NCBI RefSeq assembly: GCF_009914755.1
Contig: NC_060940.1
Origin: the human T2T-CHM13v2.0 reference genome, Homo sapiens
DNA length: 64,000 bases
Reading direction: 5' to 3' (one strand)
Part shown: positions 24,870 through 45,669 of the stretch, one piece after another
Position numbering within the stretch: position 1 is the stretch's first letter
How the letters are laid out: every line of letters begins with the position of its first letter
Notes under the pieces: generated by a model
The model's database searches: none
The model's input: only the letters and a program-made list of their open reading frames with translations
Told to the model about the DNA's origin: nothing
Made by a program: the position numbers and the translations under genes

Positions 24870-25886
24870 ATAGGGAGATAACAGAGCAGAAAAACTGGAA
24901 ACTCTAAAAAGCAGCGCGCCCCTCCTTCTCCTAAGGAACGCAGTTCCTCACCAGCAATGGAACAAAGCTGGACGGAGAATGACTTTGACGAGTTGAGAGA
25001 AGAAGGCTTCAGACGATCAAACTACTCCGAGCTACAGGAGGAAATTCAAACCAATAGCAAAGAAGTTATAAACTTTGAAAAACGATTAGATGAATGTATA
25101 ACTGGAATAATCAATGCAGAGAAGTGCTTAAAGGAGCTGATGGAGCTGAAAGCCAAGGCTCAAGAACTACATGAAGAATGCAGAAGCCTCAGGAGCGGAT
25201 GCAATCAACTGGAAGAAAGAGTACCAGGGATGGAAGATGAAATGAATGAAATGAAGCAAGAAGGGAAGTTTAGAGAAAAAAGAATAAAAAGAAATGAACA
25301 AAGCCTCCAAGAAATATGGGACTATGTGAAAAGACCAAATCTACGTCTGATTAGTGTACCTGAAAGTGACGGGGAGAATGGAACCAAGTTGGAAAACACT
25401 CTGCAAGATATTATCCAGGAGAACTTCCCCAATCTAGCAAGGCAGGCCAACATTCAGATTCAGGAAATACAGAGAACGCCACAAAGATACTCCTCAAGAA
25501 GAGCAACTCCAAGACGCATAATTGTCAGATTCACCAAAGTTGAAATGAAGGAAAAAATGTTAAGGGCAGCCAGAGAGAAAGGTCGGGTTACCCACAAAGG
25601 GAAGCCCATCAGACTAACAGCTGATCTCTCAGCAGAAACTCTACAAGCCAGAAGAGAGTGGGGGTCAATATTCAACATTCTTAAAGAAAATAATTTTCAA
25701 CCCAGAATTTCATATCCAGCCAAACTAAGCTTCATAAGTGAAGGAGAAATAAAATACTTTACAGACAAACAAAGGCTGAGAGATTTTGTCACCACCAGGC
25801 CTGCCCTAAAAGAGCTCCTGAAGGAAGCAGTAAACATGGAAAGGAACAACCGGTACCAGCCACTGCAAAAACATGCCAAATTGTAA
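24870..25886 (+). pseudogene. L1 ORF1p remnant
   Basis: Start ATG mutated to ATA (24870) with TAA three codons later; open for 309 aa from Met 24957 (MEQSWTENDFDELREEGFRR...QPLQKHAKL). Confidence 0.92.
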
Positions 25887-25949
25887 AGACCATTGAGACT
25901 AGGAAGAAACTGCATCAACTAACGAGCAAAATAACCAGCTAACATCATA

Positions 25950-29089
<3,140 letters not shown>

Positions 29090-29389
29090 GCTCTCACAAG
29101 GACAAAAAACCAAACACCACATGTTATCATTCATATGTGGGTATTGAACAATGAGAACACATGGACACAGGAAGGGGAACATCACACTTCGGGGACTGTT
29201 GTGGGGTGGGGTGAGTGGGGAGGGATAGCATTAGGAGATATACCTAATGCTAAATGACGAGTTAATGGGTGCAGCACACCAACATGGCACATGAACACTT
29301 ATGTTACAAACCTGCACATGGTGCACATGTATCCTAAAACTTAAGGTATAATAATAAAATAAAATAGAATAAAATAACAAAATATACAC

Positions 29390-31640
29390 TAATACAGATT
29401 AACCAACTAAAAAAAATTGTAGAGAAAGGTCATTTAAAAAATATGAAGGATAGAGTAATAATCTAACACGTTGAAATCTAAGAAGGAGAAAACAGCTTGT
29501 CTGAACAGCATTTTAAGTGGCAATGTTTGAGGTTTTATCAAAATTGGCCAATAATATTAAACGACAGGTTCAGGAGGCTTTTCAAAGCAAAGGAAAACAC
29601 ACACAGAGGACACATCTAGAAACATAATGGGACAATTTCTGAAAAGTAAAAGAAAAATGTAAAGAGCACTTGATAAAAAAATTGGGCTAACTACAAAGAG
29701 AAAGAGTTGACTGATAACAACTTTCTCAAATGAAACAACGAAAGCCAACAAGTGAGGTATTGATATCTTTCAAGTCCTGAAATAAAATAAGTGCTGACCT
29801 AGAACTGTCTACTTGGTGGACATATCCATCAAATACAAAGATACAATAAAGAATTTCTCCCAAGCAGACCCACAGGAAAAGAAATACTAAAGATTATTCT
29901 TCAGGTAGAAGAGCCATGATCCCTGATGAAAGTTTGCAGTTAGAAGAACAATTTTTTAATGAAAGAAATAAACATTGAGAGAAATTTAATTGGATATTGA
30001 CTGTATAACAGAATGCTATCTCATAAAGTTTAACATGTATCTTCCATACAACGGCAGAAGCATATAAGTTGTGAGTTGGATAAATTAATTTTAAAATATT
30101 GTCATTTTTTTTTTTTTTGTAAATAGATGTACCAATTATATTAGACCCTGAATTCAAGAATGCACGTTGTATCAAACCAGGTAAAACATTACCAGGCCAG
30201 ATTTTTTAAATGGACTCTCTTAAAGTTTTTATAATTTATATTCATATTTCACATATGTTGAAAGTAAATAATGGAAAAGCATGCAATGCAAATATTAACC
30301 AAAATATAACTTTAGTTGTACTTATATTCACATTTTAAAAGTTGGACACAGTTAAGTCTCAGGGATTTTTTTACACAACGAAGGCAACCTGTGCAGTTAT
30401 AACTAGTATTATATTATGCTCTTGGCCTGATTACAGAAGGGAAACGGGAGATCATACCAGACAATGGCAGAATGAAGCAAGAAGGAGTAGAGTTACAGAA
30501 CATGATGCTGTAACTGGGACTGGAGTTACACTTTTAGAGTTAAAGAATAGTAAACTGGACAAAATATATGAAACATTTTTTTGAAGTACTGAACATCAGG
30601 CAGCACAGGACTGTGCTCGGCAAGAGAAGAGAAGGAGCCAGAATGAGTCCTGCTTTATTCCCAGATTCTCCGTGACAGCAGTAGAGACGAATCCCAGAGA
30701 CAGCAGACATTGTCATTGCACTGAGGAACCAGATAAAAATCAAAAAAGGTTAAGCAGCTGGAATGTGTAGTAGAAGAGAACGTTTACAGAAAAAGGAACC
30801 AAGAATCAGCCTAAGGATTCTCCCAAGTCCCTAAGCCAAATGTACATAGGATGAAATTCTAAGGAGCTCAGCAAAGGACTCTACCAGGGAGTTGGAAGAA
30901 GAACATTTCCCTGGCATCACATGACAGGAAGACACGTTAGCTCTGACCAGCCAGAGAAGGGAATCCCCTCTGTACCTCCAGGATATTCAGTAAAGACCAC
31001 TGGAGGTTCATGCCCTAGTGACAGTGCTCATTTAGCTCCAAATTACAGATGGCTCTAGAATAACTCAACAAAGTTTAAAGAAAACATTTAAAACAACAAC
31101 AGAAAAATACTCATCCTGAAGTTACTGAACTGCCTGCCACAACATTGTTCAAAGGTAGCCAATCAAATCTAGATATTCAATAGCATAACACCAAAATACC
31201 CCCCCCCAAAAAAAAACTCTGACATGCAAAGAAGCCGTAAGATATATATAATTAAGACATATATTAACAGGATAAAAATAAGTCATTTATAAATGACAGA
31301 AAAGAAGGAAATTTCAAGGTCCTTAAAGTAAATATATTTTATAAATACATATAAATAAATACATATATATGTCAAGGTACTTAAATGAAAATTGAACATA
31401 GGAGAAAAATAGAAGCTATAAAGTAAAAAATGTGACATGTATACATGAAAAATAAATATTTGAAATAAAAATTCCATGAGATAGAATGAGTAATCGATTT
31501 TACCCTAACATCAGAAAATTTATAGAACAAAATAGAAGCTTTACAAACTAAAGGACAAAGGGTAAACTAAAATAGGAAAGCCAGAAACTCACAGATACGT
31601 CAGACAATATGCAGCAGTGTAACATACATGTAATCAATAT
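29390..31640 (+). mobile_element. Ancient L1M-type fragments
   Basis: A-rich, highly decayed ORF1/ORF2-like sequence; boundaries approximate. Confidence 0.4.
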
Positions 31641-31689
31641 CTCAAAAAGGATGGATGGGGGAATTATAGGTGAATAAAGAATGGTACAC

Positions 31690-31863
31690 TCATTCCTGAG
31701 GGCACCGAGGAGGGAGGATAGCTTTAGATTCCTAAGGGAGGGTATTATCCATTCATGAAGGTCCAACCCCCATGAACAAACACCTCCCAGTGAGCCCCAC
31801 CTGCAACATTGGGGATCAAATTTTAACATGAGATTGGAAGGGGCAAGCATTCAAACCATAGCA
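31690..31863 (-). mobile_element. MST-type MaLR LTR fragment
   Basis: Reverse complement begins TGCTATGGTTTGAATGCTTGCCCCTTCCAATCTCATGTTAAAATTTGATCCCCAATGTTG. Confidence 0.7.
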
Positions 31864-33289
31864 AGAGTTAAATTTCCTTTTTTAAAAAAAATCACTGATA
31901 TGATTCAATTTCGCCATAGATAAAAGCTAGTATTTCAGCCTACCGTTGAGTGTACTTATAGCTCACCAAAAGGGCACTCTGTCTCGGGAATACAGATTTG
32001 CCTAGAGGTATCCTATTGCAGTCAAAGAAAGAGCAATGAGGGATGGAAAAGGTTAGTGATGGAGACACCAGCGCTGCATTTTGCAACAAACAATGTAAAA
32101 ACTTTACGGATTGGTTCTGCTAACTTACTACAGTTTACATGCCTCTCAGGTGGGAGAATTGTTGCGTTTTTTCTTAAGATAGAAAAGCAATTCAGATAAT
32201 CTGAAATCTCCACAAGAAGGATAAGAAGCACAGCAGAAACTATTCTAGGCAGGAAGTCAATCCTTTCAACTGTCTGTGCTCCATAGAAACAATTGTCTGC
32301 ACTGGGAGTCATATGAGGTACAGACCACAGCCAGACCTCTGATCCTCTCATTAGTGATTTCAGAAGAAATTACCAGTCAACTGAGTAATTCACTGAGTAA
32401 AGTAAACATTTGGCACTGAAAGAGGTTAGACGGATAACTATTTGTATCACCATATTCATGAAGCTGGAATATGTTCCATTACTCGTATGACATCCGAATG
32501 GAAGATGTTGAAAGGTCTCTCATCTTGTAAGATGGATATGAAAGAACATTTTCTGAGAAATGAAATTATTAACACACCTGCGAGGTGGATGGAAGAGAAA
32601 AAAAAGAATAATCAGCTTGAGTTCTTCTCCTTGATAAGACAACTCACTAAAAACATAAAGAGAAAAATACAAGTTTAAAATAATTAACCAGAAGAAGACG
32701 ACTCTAGAGATTTTAAATTGCTGATAAGATTTTAATTTGCTCCAAGTTGAAAATAATTATATTGCTTGTGTTTTAAGGCACATAATGAGCAATTATATCA
32801 CACATGATAGTTTCAGCAGTAAAATATGATCCGTTAACAGCTGGAACTCATAGAAGCATAGCACAATGTGAAGATGGAATTTGCTAAAATAAACCATCTG
32901 CTGAAAACTAATATTCTGCAAATTTAAAAATAAAGTTTAAATGTTATTTGTCTTATTTAATAGGTCTGTGAAAAAAATGCGATATTTGAAAAGTAGGTGC
33001 TACCTTAATTAGTTCTTTATGTTAGACGGCTGGTTACAGTAATGCACAGTAAGGTGCTACATAGATATATTGCTAATTTTCTGCATAAACTATGTATTTT
33101 GCTTAAATTATTTGAAATTTTATAGTTAAAGTAACAAATGTATACTTAAATGTTTTGACACAAATTGCAAATATACCTTTAAAAAACATCTTACACTCTA
33201 AATATTATTTGTCACCTATATAGTTGTCTTTTCTCTATAGGAAAGTTTCAATTTTTCCCTTGAAGCTTTAATTATTTGAGTCTATAAAA

Positions 33290-34160
<871 letters not shown>

Positions 34161-35159
34161 CCTCCATATGTACAATAAATAATATTGTGTTTTTAATCTT
34201 TGCTCTTCTGTGGAAAAAAACACAGGTGTGATTTCTAGTGTAGCTGAACATCGTTTATTTGACAATATTGCAGTTGTGTGTGGGTGTGCGCCTGTGTAGC
34301 TACTCTTTAATTTTGTTCTCACATAATGATTAGATATTAACAATTAATTCAGTAAAATGTATGTTTCGCAATATTTCTCCATGTTATTATGCTTTAAATT
34401 AGTTTAATCATGCCCCTATGATGTGTACATTTTAATCTTTGACTATAGGTCTCAATCTTGCTTTGGATGCTGTATTTCAATTTATGCTAATAAAGTCCTA
34501 CAGCTAAAAAAGATTATATAAACTTAGCTACATTTTACTAGTATTCTGGTGTCATTTTAAATTATGTAATGAAATCAAATTTTAATTTGGATTATTGTTA
34601 TCTGAGTTAAGGATCTAAATTTTTAATTTTCTTATAAATATTACATAATTATTTCTGAACCATATATTGACTAATCTGCCCTTTATATGATGTGCTTTAT
34701 AAGAGCTTGGGATAGTTTCATTTGCAAAGATGAATGCTTGAGAAGTAGATATTTAATCATAACATTTCAAAATCTACTGGATAACCTAGAATTGAAAAAT
34801 AGCCTATAGGTTGAAAAACTCCTGTAGTGAAGAAAGAAAATAACTAATATACAGTGACAGTATAAATATTGTAAGTATTTATTTTATTAACGCCCTGAAA
34901 TTTGATAATACAAACATGTAATATCTACATATCATCCATATATCAGGTCATAAAAAGTCAATACATTCTTCAAAAATTTAGCATAACAGAAAATGCACTC
35001 TCTCTCCTTGATGGAATTAAGTTACAAATAAAAGTAAAAATAAGTAGATAAGTAGATGGAAGTAGATGTTTAAAAACAAAGAAAAATATTTGTTTTGGAT
35101 AACATAAAATCTCAATTGACAATTCCAATATTTCCAGAACTTTGCCTGTCAACTGGTAG

Positions 35160-35335
35160 AGAGTTTTCCCCAGGAGACATTTGTCAATGTCTAGGGTTAT
35201 TGTGGGGATGTCAAGACTGGTGGAGGTGTGAAATTTAGAGGTCAAATGAAACACCTAGCATTGCTAAGGCAGCCTCCCACAACAAAGAATCCTCCGGTCC
35301 TAAAGGTAAGTAGCACCAAGGTTCAGAAACCATAA
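35160..35335. mobile_element. MER20-like DNA transposon remnant
   Basis: CCCCAGGAGACATTTGTCAATGTCT...CCCACAACAAAGAAT...CAAGGTTCAGAAACC. Confidence 0.55.
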
Positions 35336-36099
35336 TCTAGACAGGAAACACTACGTAGCTATTCCAAGTGCTCAGGAAAACACATCAGTGCCCTCGAGGG
35401 GAAAAGTGTAAACATTTTAATTGCTGTACATGGTGACACAAATCCATGTTGTTAATCTAAGTGGAAGGGGCTGAAGCACAAAACGTAATTCAAAGAGTTT
35501 ACTTGAGCCACAATGAGGACAGCTGCCTGGAAGAAACAGACCCAAGTATCCTTGGATATGAACTCCCTTTGGAGCTTTGCAACAAGCAGTTTCTTAAAGG
35601 CAAAAAGGGGTCCAGAAGTGGGATGATGCAAAGAGATTTGTCACAAATTCCCATTGGCTTATGGAAATAACATTTATCAGTGACTGGCTATACACTGTTA
35701 CACTATTATCAGGTGTGGATTATAGTGTCTGGTGTGGCGTTATTGGTTAATTTATAGCTATAACTACTATGGCAACAGCAAGCAGCCTAGGTGAACATAC
35801 AGCTCAAAGAGGAGAAGGACAGAACTGCTGTCTCATTTGAATATCTCTCTGGGCCTGATTATTTAAAGGGACTTGCATTTCTCACATGAAAGTTATTTTC
35901 TTTTCTCAATATCCATAAATGAGAATAAATAGACGTAAAATAGATCTTTTCGAGGATGAAGTAAATGGAATGAAAAACAAAACCCAAGCTGACCAGAAAT
36001 CATAGAGGGAAGAAAAGGATATAAATATATGGATTTTTCAAAGTGATTTTAAGCTATTAGGAATCAGTTAAATGTTGGGAGATTTTGTCTGAGAATGGG

Positions 36100-36640
36100 C
36101 TAAAGGAGAATGTCCCTTTTGCCTAATGAATTTTCCCTGAAAATCACTAATAGGAGGCAGATAAATAGTAGAAAAGGCATACAGCTTTCTGCAATGTGTG
36201 TACACTGGAGCCCTTAGAACGAAGACCCAGACACACGATGCGTGCAGAAGCTTATCTACCACATGAAGTGTACAAAAAGAATGAGGTCTTGGATCACAGG
36301 GAAAAGAAAGAAAAAGGTTATGTGAGAAAACGACCCTGGCTAGCAACAGTGGACTTATTACCTAGGTGGAACTTCACTGGGAGCAGTCCTCAGAGAGAAT
36401 AGACAGAAAATGTTTCTTTCAGACCTTTGGAGACCTGAGACTCTCAGTTAAACTTTCCTAGATCCAGACAAGGGGGCAGACCTCAGAGAAAGCCTGGCTG
36501 CATCAAGGCATATTCTCTACCGATGCAAATCTCCCCAAGACAGCTTTGCAGCTAACTTTGCATTTCCAGCCCTTCTCAATAGCCATTTTGAAATATATCA
36601 AGGAAATATATTTAGGGGTAAAATATATTAGTTTCCCTCA
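36100..36640 (-). mobile_element. ERV1 (MER4-group-like) solo LTR remnant
   Basis: Reverse complement starts TGAGGGAAACTAATATATTTTACCCCTAAATATATTTCCTTGATATATTTCAAAATGGCT. Confidence 0.55.
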
Positions 36641-38584
36641 TACAGCTATAAAACATACAGGAATAATTTTTGTCAATGTCTACTACAAATCCAATATAAC
36701 AATAATTATACAACCCACCAGATATTGAAGAAAAAATATGTAGAGTTCCTCAATTACAAATGTTGATACTAAAATGCCAAATAAAATAAAAATAATATCC
36801 AACAATATTTGAAACAGTAAGACAAGAAACTGGCAAAAAAAAAAAATAAAACAAATATGCACCTTGGGGATGAAAGTGTGTTTCCAAATTTGGTAATCCA
36901 ATAATATTAATAATCATATTGATTAGCCCAAATTAAAAATAAATAGGGGATTCTCAGTACATGCTAAAGTATATTTGTTAAAAGGCAATATTCATGTCTT
37001 TAAAGATTTTAAATGCTATGAAGAGTCTGATATTCTATATGCAAACATGTGTATGTCCATTAGAAGAGAGGCCTGATTTTCATATGTCACTACAAAGAGA
37101 GAAGTGGATAGATTAATTAGCATATGCATAGAGAGAGCATAACATAGAAATTTACTATCATATTAAAGGAATTTTAATTCAACAATAAAATAATTCAAAG
37201 GTAAAATTTTAAATATTTTTAACAGGTACATTATTATTAGATAATATTTATACTAATTGTGAAAATATTCAATGCTAAAATAAGATACAATGTCTAAACA
37301 TCAGTATTAAAACTAGTATAACATTTGCTTGTTTATACAAGGAAAATTCAAGCTCGACCTAAAATTATATGGGAAATAAAAGAAAAATTTTAAGGGAGCT
37401 CTTTAATAACATAATAATATGTATATATACACACACACATATAACATGTATATATGTTATATGGGATAGATATAGATTTAACATGTTATACCTATATTTG
37501 TATCTATAACTACAGCTGTATGTATCTACATTTCTATATATTTACTCAGTGATATAAATATAGACTGGAATAAATATAAAGACACATATGATTCTTGGGT
37601 AAAAAAGATTTAGTATCATAAAGACAAATTCTTTCCAAATTCACTTATGAATTCACAACAATGTACAGTTTCATTAGTATAATTTAAAATTTTTAAATAA
37701 ATTCCAAGATTCATTTAAAGGAATATACATGTATACAAGCAGTCGAGAAAGAAGCAAGAGTGCACTAAACTAACTTGCTATTAAAATACCTTTTTAAACT
37801 TAGTCACTAAAACTGAGCAGTACTGATTTGGAGTACTGGAATTTAGGTATATGGGATCTCAAAAGCACAGAGCTCAAAGGAGACCCCTGTATGCACCAGA
37901 GCTTAAGATGTGCTTTGGAAGGCATTACAAAACCACGGGCAAAGTTCCTTTAGTGTCTTAGTCTTACCAGGTTTGAAAAGCCAGAGAAAAGACTCAAGAA
38001 CACCATATAAGAGCAAAACAAAAGGACAGGGAAATAATGTGAAGATACTGAAACATTTTACATAAAGTTGTATAAAACATCCTTTAAAGAAAATATAAAG
38101 TTTAGGATATACATCAAAATCAGCAGAGCCACTATATAAATAAATAGGCATTGTAAAATAACAAGAGAAAATTTAAATGGATTTCTAAAAAATATTGACA
38201 CCTATGATTTTTAAAATATGTTTAAGGAATCCCGTATTTCACAGGGCAGCCTTTCACAACACAGATATGTTAGGACATAAAGGTCCTTCTGTTTTTAATT
38301 TACTAGTGTTTATAGGGTTACAAATGTCTTCTACCCTTGTCTTTTGTCTGATGGTGCAAAAAATTTTCATAAGCATGTACTTCTGAATGCCTGATGGATT
38401 GACATATATAATAAACGGCTAGTATTAAAATATGTGACATAAAACGCATCCAATCTTCTCACTGTTTACATAAATTCTAGGTTTCTCCTATTTACCTCAA
38501 GCACGTATGTAGCGAATTCGTACCTTTTAATATTGCCATGGCATTCACATTGAACATAAGTTGAACTCTCTCATATGGTAGCTG

Positions 38585-39700
38585 GGTTCGGATTCCCTTG
38601 ACAATTTCCAGTTCTAACCCTCACAGTTCCTCAGTGTGGCTGGCCCAGATATTGACCCTACACAGTTGCCTCCTCCTGGTGACTACCAGCTATGGAACCG
38701 TTGGATACAACCTACCTGACTCACCCCACAGACCTCACAGTGCACATGGACAGCCCCCACACGCCAGAGTGACCTGCTCGATTGCAGCAGGAGTCAAGAA
38801 GTGTGCCTGCTGGCACTCACCCCACCGACTAGTGCCCCGTGGAAAACTTATTTGGATAATGTTCTGGGCCCAATAAAGGCTGGAGTCCCACAGACCCCTT
38901 TTCTCTCTCCTGCTCCCCACTCATCTTCCCCATTTTGTTCAGCCCTATGAGGTGTGCTACTGTATTAGTCCATTTTCACACCGCCGGTAAAGACATGCCC
39001 AAGACTGGGTAATTTCCAGAAGAAAGAGGTTTAATAGACGCACAGTTCCACATGACTGGGTAGGCCTCACAATCATGGCACAAGCTGAAAGGCACATCTC
39101 ACCTGGCAACAGACAAGACAAGAGAGCTTGTGCAGGAAACTCGCCTTTATAAAAACATCAGATCTTGTGAGACTTATTCACTATCAGAAGAACAGCATGG
39201 GAAAGACCTGCCCTCGTGATTCAATTACCTCCCAGCTGTTCCCTCCCACAACATGTGGGAATTCAAGATGAGATTTGGCTGGGGACACAGCTAAACCCTC
39301 TTCTCAGCTACCCTCTTCTCTCTGGATCTGTGAGTAATAAACCTACTTCTGTGATTTCCCATGTTTGGTTCTGTGGCCTCCATGTGTCTGAGCTGACCTA
39401 CACTGGAACCTAACTCTCTTCCTGGCCAGGGTCTCTGAGAGTGGCTCTTGTCAGAAATACACAGGACACAGGTCAGGCAACAGTCACTAGGCATCTCCTA
39501 GTCTCAACAGATGTTCTGTGAGAGGGAGGCCTGGTCGTGGGATGCACACCTGGCCACTGCTGGGGTAAGGAAGTGTCCTGTGAAAGGCACATGTTAAGCA
39601 TCCACAACCCCCTGACCAGAACCCCAGAAAGGCAGGGCTGCAATTGTCAGTCACTCTCCAGAGACAAACCTCAAGCCCTAACTGGAGGAAAAGAAAACAA
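38585..39700 (+). mobile_element. ERVL-type LTR (MER54/MER74-like) interrupted by THE1
   Basis: GGACACAGGTCAG...CTGTGAGAGGGA...GTGAAAGGCACA...CAGGGCTG...CACTCTCCAGAGA motifs; family from recollection. Confidence 0.5.
38961..39306 (-). mobile_element. THE1 MaLR solo LTR
   Basis: TGTATTAGTCCATTTTCAC...GGGGACACAGCTAAACC; 5-bp TSD GCTAC at 38956-38960 and 39307-39311. Confidence 0.9.
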
Positions 39701-40619
39701 TGTAAAAAGTTGAATTTATCTTACTATTTCAATGATCCAGTAAAGACATTCTATGCCTGTACACCACATATTTTCTTCGATTGTGGATTTATTTTAGATA
39801 GAATTTTAGGTCTGGCTTTCACTTTAGCCTGGTCCCTACCTCAAGCATAAGGTAAAGTTTTTCCATGCGTTCTTTTCTGGTACTACTACCTGCCAGTGTG
39901 GGGTCATGTCCTAGTCTATCTTGAGGGAATCCCCCTGTTCATTATTGTCAGAGTGAGACTGTTAAGTCTTGATTTCCCTGGACAACTTCACTGCATGACT
40001 TTTAATATGATTTTTAATATACCCTTTACTGGACAATAAATTATATTTATTACGGAATTATGGGTGATTTCCTTCAATCTGCATCATATCAAGTTGAGGT
40101 TCATATTGATGAAAAGTAAAGCATACGTTGAAAATATCAGTAAGGATGTTTTCCCCTCCTTTTGTGCTTGTGATACAAGCACATTTTAATGCAATTGTGG
40201 ACTCATGCTTTGATCATTCCTATGATGAAAATAACATTTTTAGATAAAGTATCTGAGTTTTATGAGGCCTTTAGTATGTGATGTGATAGAATATCAGAAG
40301 ACCATACTTTTTTCTAGGTTTCTGTGCAATTGTGTCATTATTTCATCTTTACTCCTACCAGAGTAATTTTGCAAAATGGATATCTTGTCATTCTTCCTGT
40401 TGTTATCAGTAAATAAGTGAAATGAAAAGCTAGATTATATAATTTATCTAGAACAAGAAAGTGGAATTGAATCTATATTCATTAATGAGACTAACCAGTC
40501 AATTACACAGATAGGCATTTTACATTTTGAAGATCATATGGACCCATTGTCAGAAATATTATTATTTATGTCTATATGGACATCACCTGGGCATATTTAC
40601 ATAGAAATCAATGAGAGCT

Positions 40620-42210
<1,591 letters not shown>

Positions 42211-43417
42211 GAAGCTGATTTTTAAAATACTGAGATCATATAGATGACAGCATCTGAAAAATAGACAACACCAAGCTTTATGTTAAAAGGTGTGAGGGTA
42301 TCAATATTGTTGTGGCTATTGGGGAGGAAACCATTAGTAAAACCAGTAAGTTAAAGCTCTTGCTTTAAACTTTGGCTTTAATTTAACAAATGTTCTATGG
42401 AGTGACAGTATGTATGCAACCATGCTATGCCCATTCACAGAGGCAGTAGAGGGAAGAATTTCTCAAAGACAACTGTTCTAAGACTCAAATTAAACCGTAC
42501 TGCGTTTGAAAAGAGAAAGTCCAGGAATTACCAAATCTTTTAGATATCAGATACAAGAGAATGCCAGGTATGCGATGATAATCAGCAATGGTTGTTCACA
42601 CAATACATCAAATCAGTATTTGAATTAGCTTTTGAATTACAAGGACAAATGGATCAAGTCTAGACTCTTTAGTAGATAAATCTTATTAGGCTGAGATGTG
42701 TTTTCCCCTGTTTTTCCACAAGGAGATTACAAATTGGCAAAGCTCAGCTGCTCTCATTTTATGCTCTCACCAAGCCAAAAGCTGAAGTTCATTAATCAGT
42801 GTGTCTAAGGGTTCACTGGTTATATACCATTTTGTAGTTTCAGCTATCTTTCCAACTTCCTAAATCATCACCTTCATTTGATCTTGTTTTTTTCCACTAT
42901 CACTTCTTTATTGACCATATAAAGAATGTAAGTAAGTTCTTATTTTGTTATTGTTCATTTTAGTCTAATTTCATCAAAAGATCACAATCTTTTAATTTCA
43001 TTTTAATTTCAAAGATTAAATGAAACCTACATAGAAATGAGTGTAAGATTTGCATTTGCATTATTTTGGCATCAATTTGCTCTCCTCCCTCATGCACATA
43101 GAGATCATTTCCATGTACGTGATTTCAAACATCCAAGTGCTGTATTAAAAGCAGTTGTAACTTATGGTTCTCATTTTCATGATACAATTACAATATAAAC
43201 TTCCTCTTGCTGCTGTAACCAATTACCACAAACGTCATGTCTTACAATAAAGTGACCGTTAGTCCAACAGTTCTGTAGTACAGAAGCCTTAAATGAAACT
43301 CACAGGGCTAACATCAAGTTTTGGGTAGGGCTGCAGTCTTTCTGAGGGCTATGTGGCATAATCTATTACTTGATATTTTTCAGCATCCAGAGGCCACCTT
43401 TATTCTTTGGAACATGA

Positions 43418-43740
<323 letters not shown>

Positions 43741-44099
43741 CTCATTCTTGTATCTTAAAAGTCAGTAATGTTGAGTAATTTCTCATGCCACCACCTCCAA
43801 GGTTGCCTTTCTTCTGCCTTCTTCTTTCATTTAAAAGGAAGTTTGTGATTTCATTGATCCCACCCATTTAAGACAATCTCTCTATCATTTTTCTGCAACC
43901 TTAATTTCACTTGAAATCTAATTTCACACTGCCGTGCAACCTAACATAATTGTATGTTAGACTCTGGGAATTAGGACATGAAAATTTTTGGGAGGCCATT
44001 CTTTGGTCTACAGCAGAAATAATTTATTTACCTGCAGATTAAAGCGTTCTATATTTTTCTCTCTCCCTTTCTAATTTTTTTAAAATAATATGAATTGCA

Positions 44100-44735
44100 G
44101 TAAAGAGAAAGAAAGAAAAGAAAACAAAGAAAGAAAAAGAAGGAAGGAAAGAAGGAAGGAAGGAAATAAAGAAAGAAAGAAGAAAAGAAGGAGGAAATGA
44201 GGGAAGGAAGGGAGGGAGGGAGGAAGGGAGAAAGGCAGGAAGGGAGAAAACAGAAAGCATGAACACAAGAAAGAAAGAAGGAAAGAAAGAGAAAGAAAGA
44301 GAGAGAGAAAGAAAGAAAGGAGAAAGGGAGGATGGAAAGGAGGAAGAGAGAATGGTAAAAGGGAGGAAGGCAAAGAAACAAAGAAAATAAACAGGCAAAG
44401 GAAGGAAAGAAAAAGAGGAAAGGAAGGGAGGGAGGAAGGAAGAAATGGAGGGCGGGAGGAGGGAACAAAAAAGGAAAGAAAGCAAGAACGTGAGAAAGAA
44501 AGAAAGAATATGAGAAAAGAAGGAAGAAAAGGGAGGGAGAAAGGAAGGGAGGGATTAGGGAAGGAAGAATAAGGGAAAGAAACAAAGAAGGAAAGAAGGA
44601 AGGAAGGAGAAAAAAAGAAAGAAAAAGAAAGGAAAAGAAAAAAGAAAAGAAAAGGAAGAGGAAAAGAAGAAAGGAAGGAGGAAGGCAAGGGAAGGGAAGA
44701 GAAGAGAAAGGAAGATGGAAAGAAAGAAGGAAGAA
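44100..44735 (+). repeat. GA-rich polypurine low-complexity tract
   Basis: ~630 bp of GAAA/GGAA/GGGA with very few pyrimidines. Confidence 0.93.
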
Positions 44736-45669
44736 CGCAAATATTAGAAATTCTGGGTTTGTTAGAGAATATGCCATACTGTTTTTTTTTTTTCACTTGA
44801 AAGGAAAGAGTATCTGCCATTGAAGATTGGATGTCTTGTTGGTGATATTGTTGTTCTTATCTTCCACATGATTACTGAGTTAGTGCCTAGTCTTTCCATT
44901 TCTAAGACAAAAGTGTTGATGTCGGCAAATATAATTTTGGATTTTTCCAGTTCACCTTTGATTTCTTTCCTGTTTTACCTCATGTATTTGGAGGTTCTGT
45001 TGTGAGCTGCATACCCTAATTAGTAGGATGATTACATCTTCTTGAGAATTGATTATTCTATTATCTATTATCTCTCATCTCTGATACTATTTCTTGTTCC
45101 GAACTCTGTTGTGTCTAATATCAATGTAGTCCTTCCACAGCCTTATTTTAGTGTTTCCATGATATGGCTTTCTCCATATCTTGATGATAACCTCTTTATA
45201 TCTCTATATATTTGGAGCAAGATATAAAATTTAGACTTGATTTTTTAAAGATTTTTCAAGATGCGATTCTTATTTCTTTTTGTTCTATTTGACATTCTCT
45301 GAGTTTCCTATATTTGAAGTTTGATTTTCTGTCACTTCTTTTAGAATATTTTTGGCAGTTATTTTGAAAAATATTTCTTTTGCTCCATTATTTTTCCCTC
45401 TTTTCTTTTTGGGATTTCAATCATAACTAGAGTAGGTAATTTCATCTCAGTCTTATGCAGGTACTTTTTCTCAGGGTCTCAGGAATGTAGCCTTCTCACA
45501 CTTCCGTTCTTTTCCTGGCTGTGTTGGTGAGCTCAGTGATATTCCTCCTTCACCTTCAAGAGCAGTTTTGTTTTGTTTTTCCTGTTTTCATACTCCCAGC
45601 ATCAGGAGGATCCTAAGTGTGGCAGTTTTTGTTGCCTTCCCCTACATATTAAGTGGAATATCTTGCTCT

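Noticed and set aside
44039-44820. Hydrophobic F/L/S/P-rich ORFs resembling membrane proteins
   Set aside because: Antisense of the GA-rich low-complexity tract.
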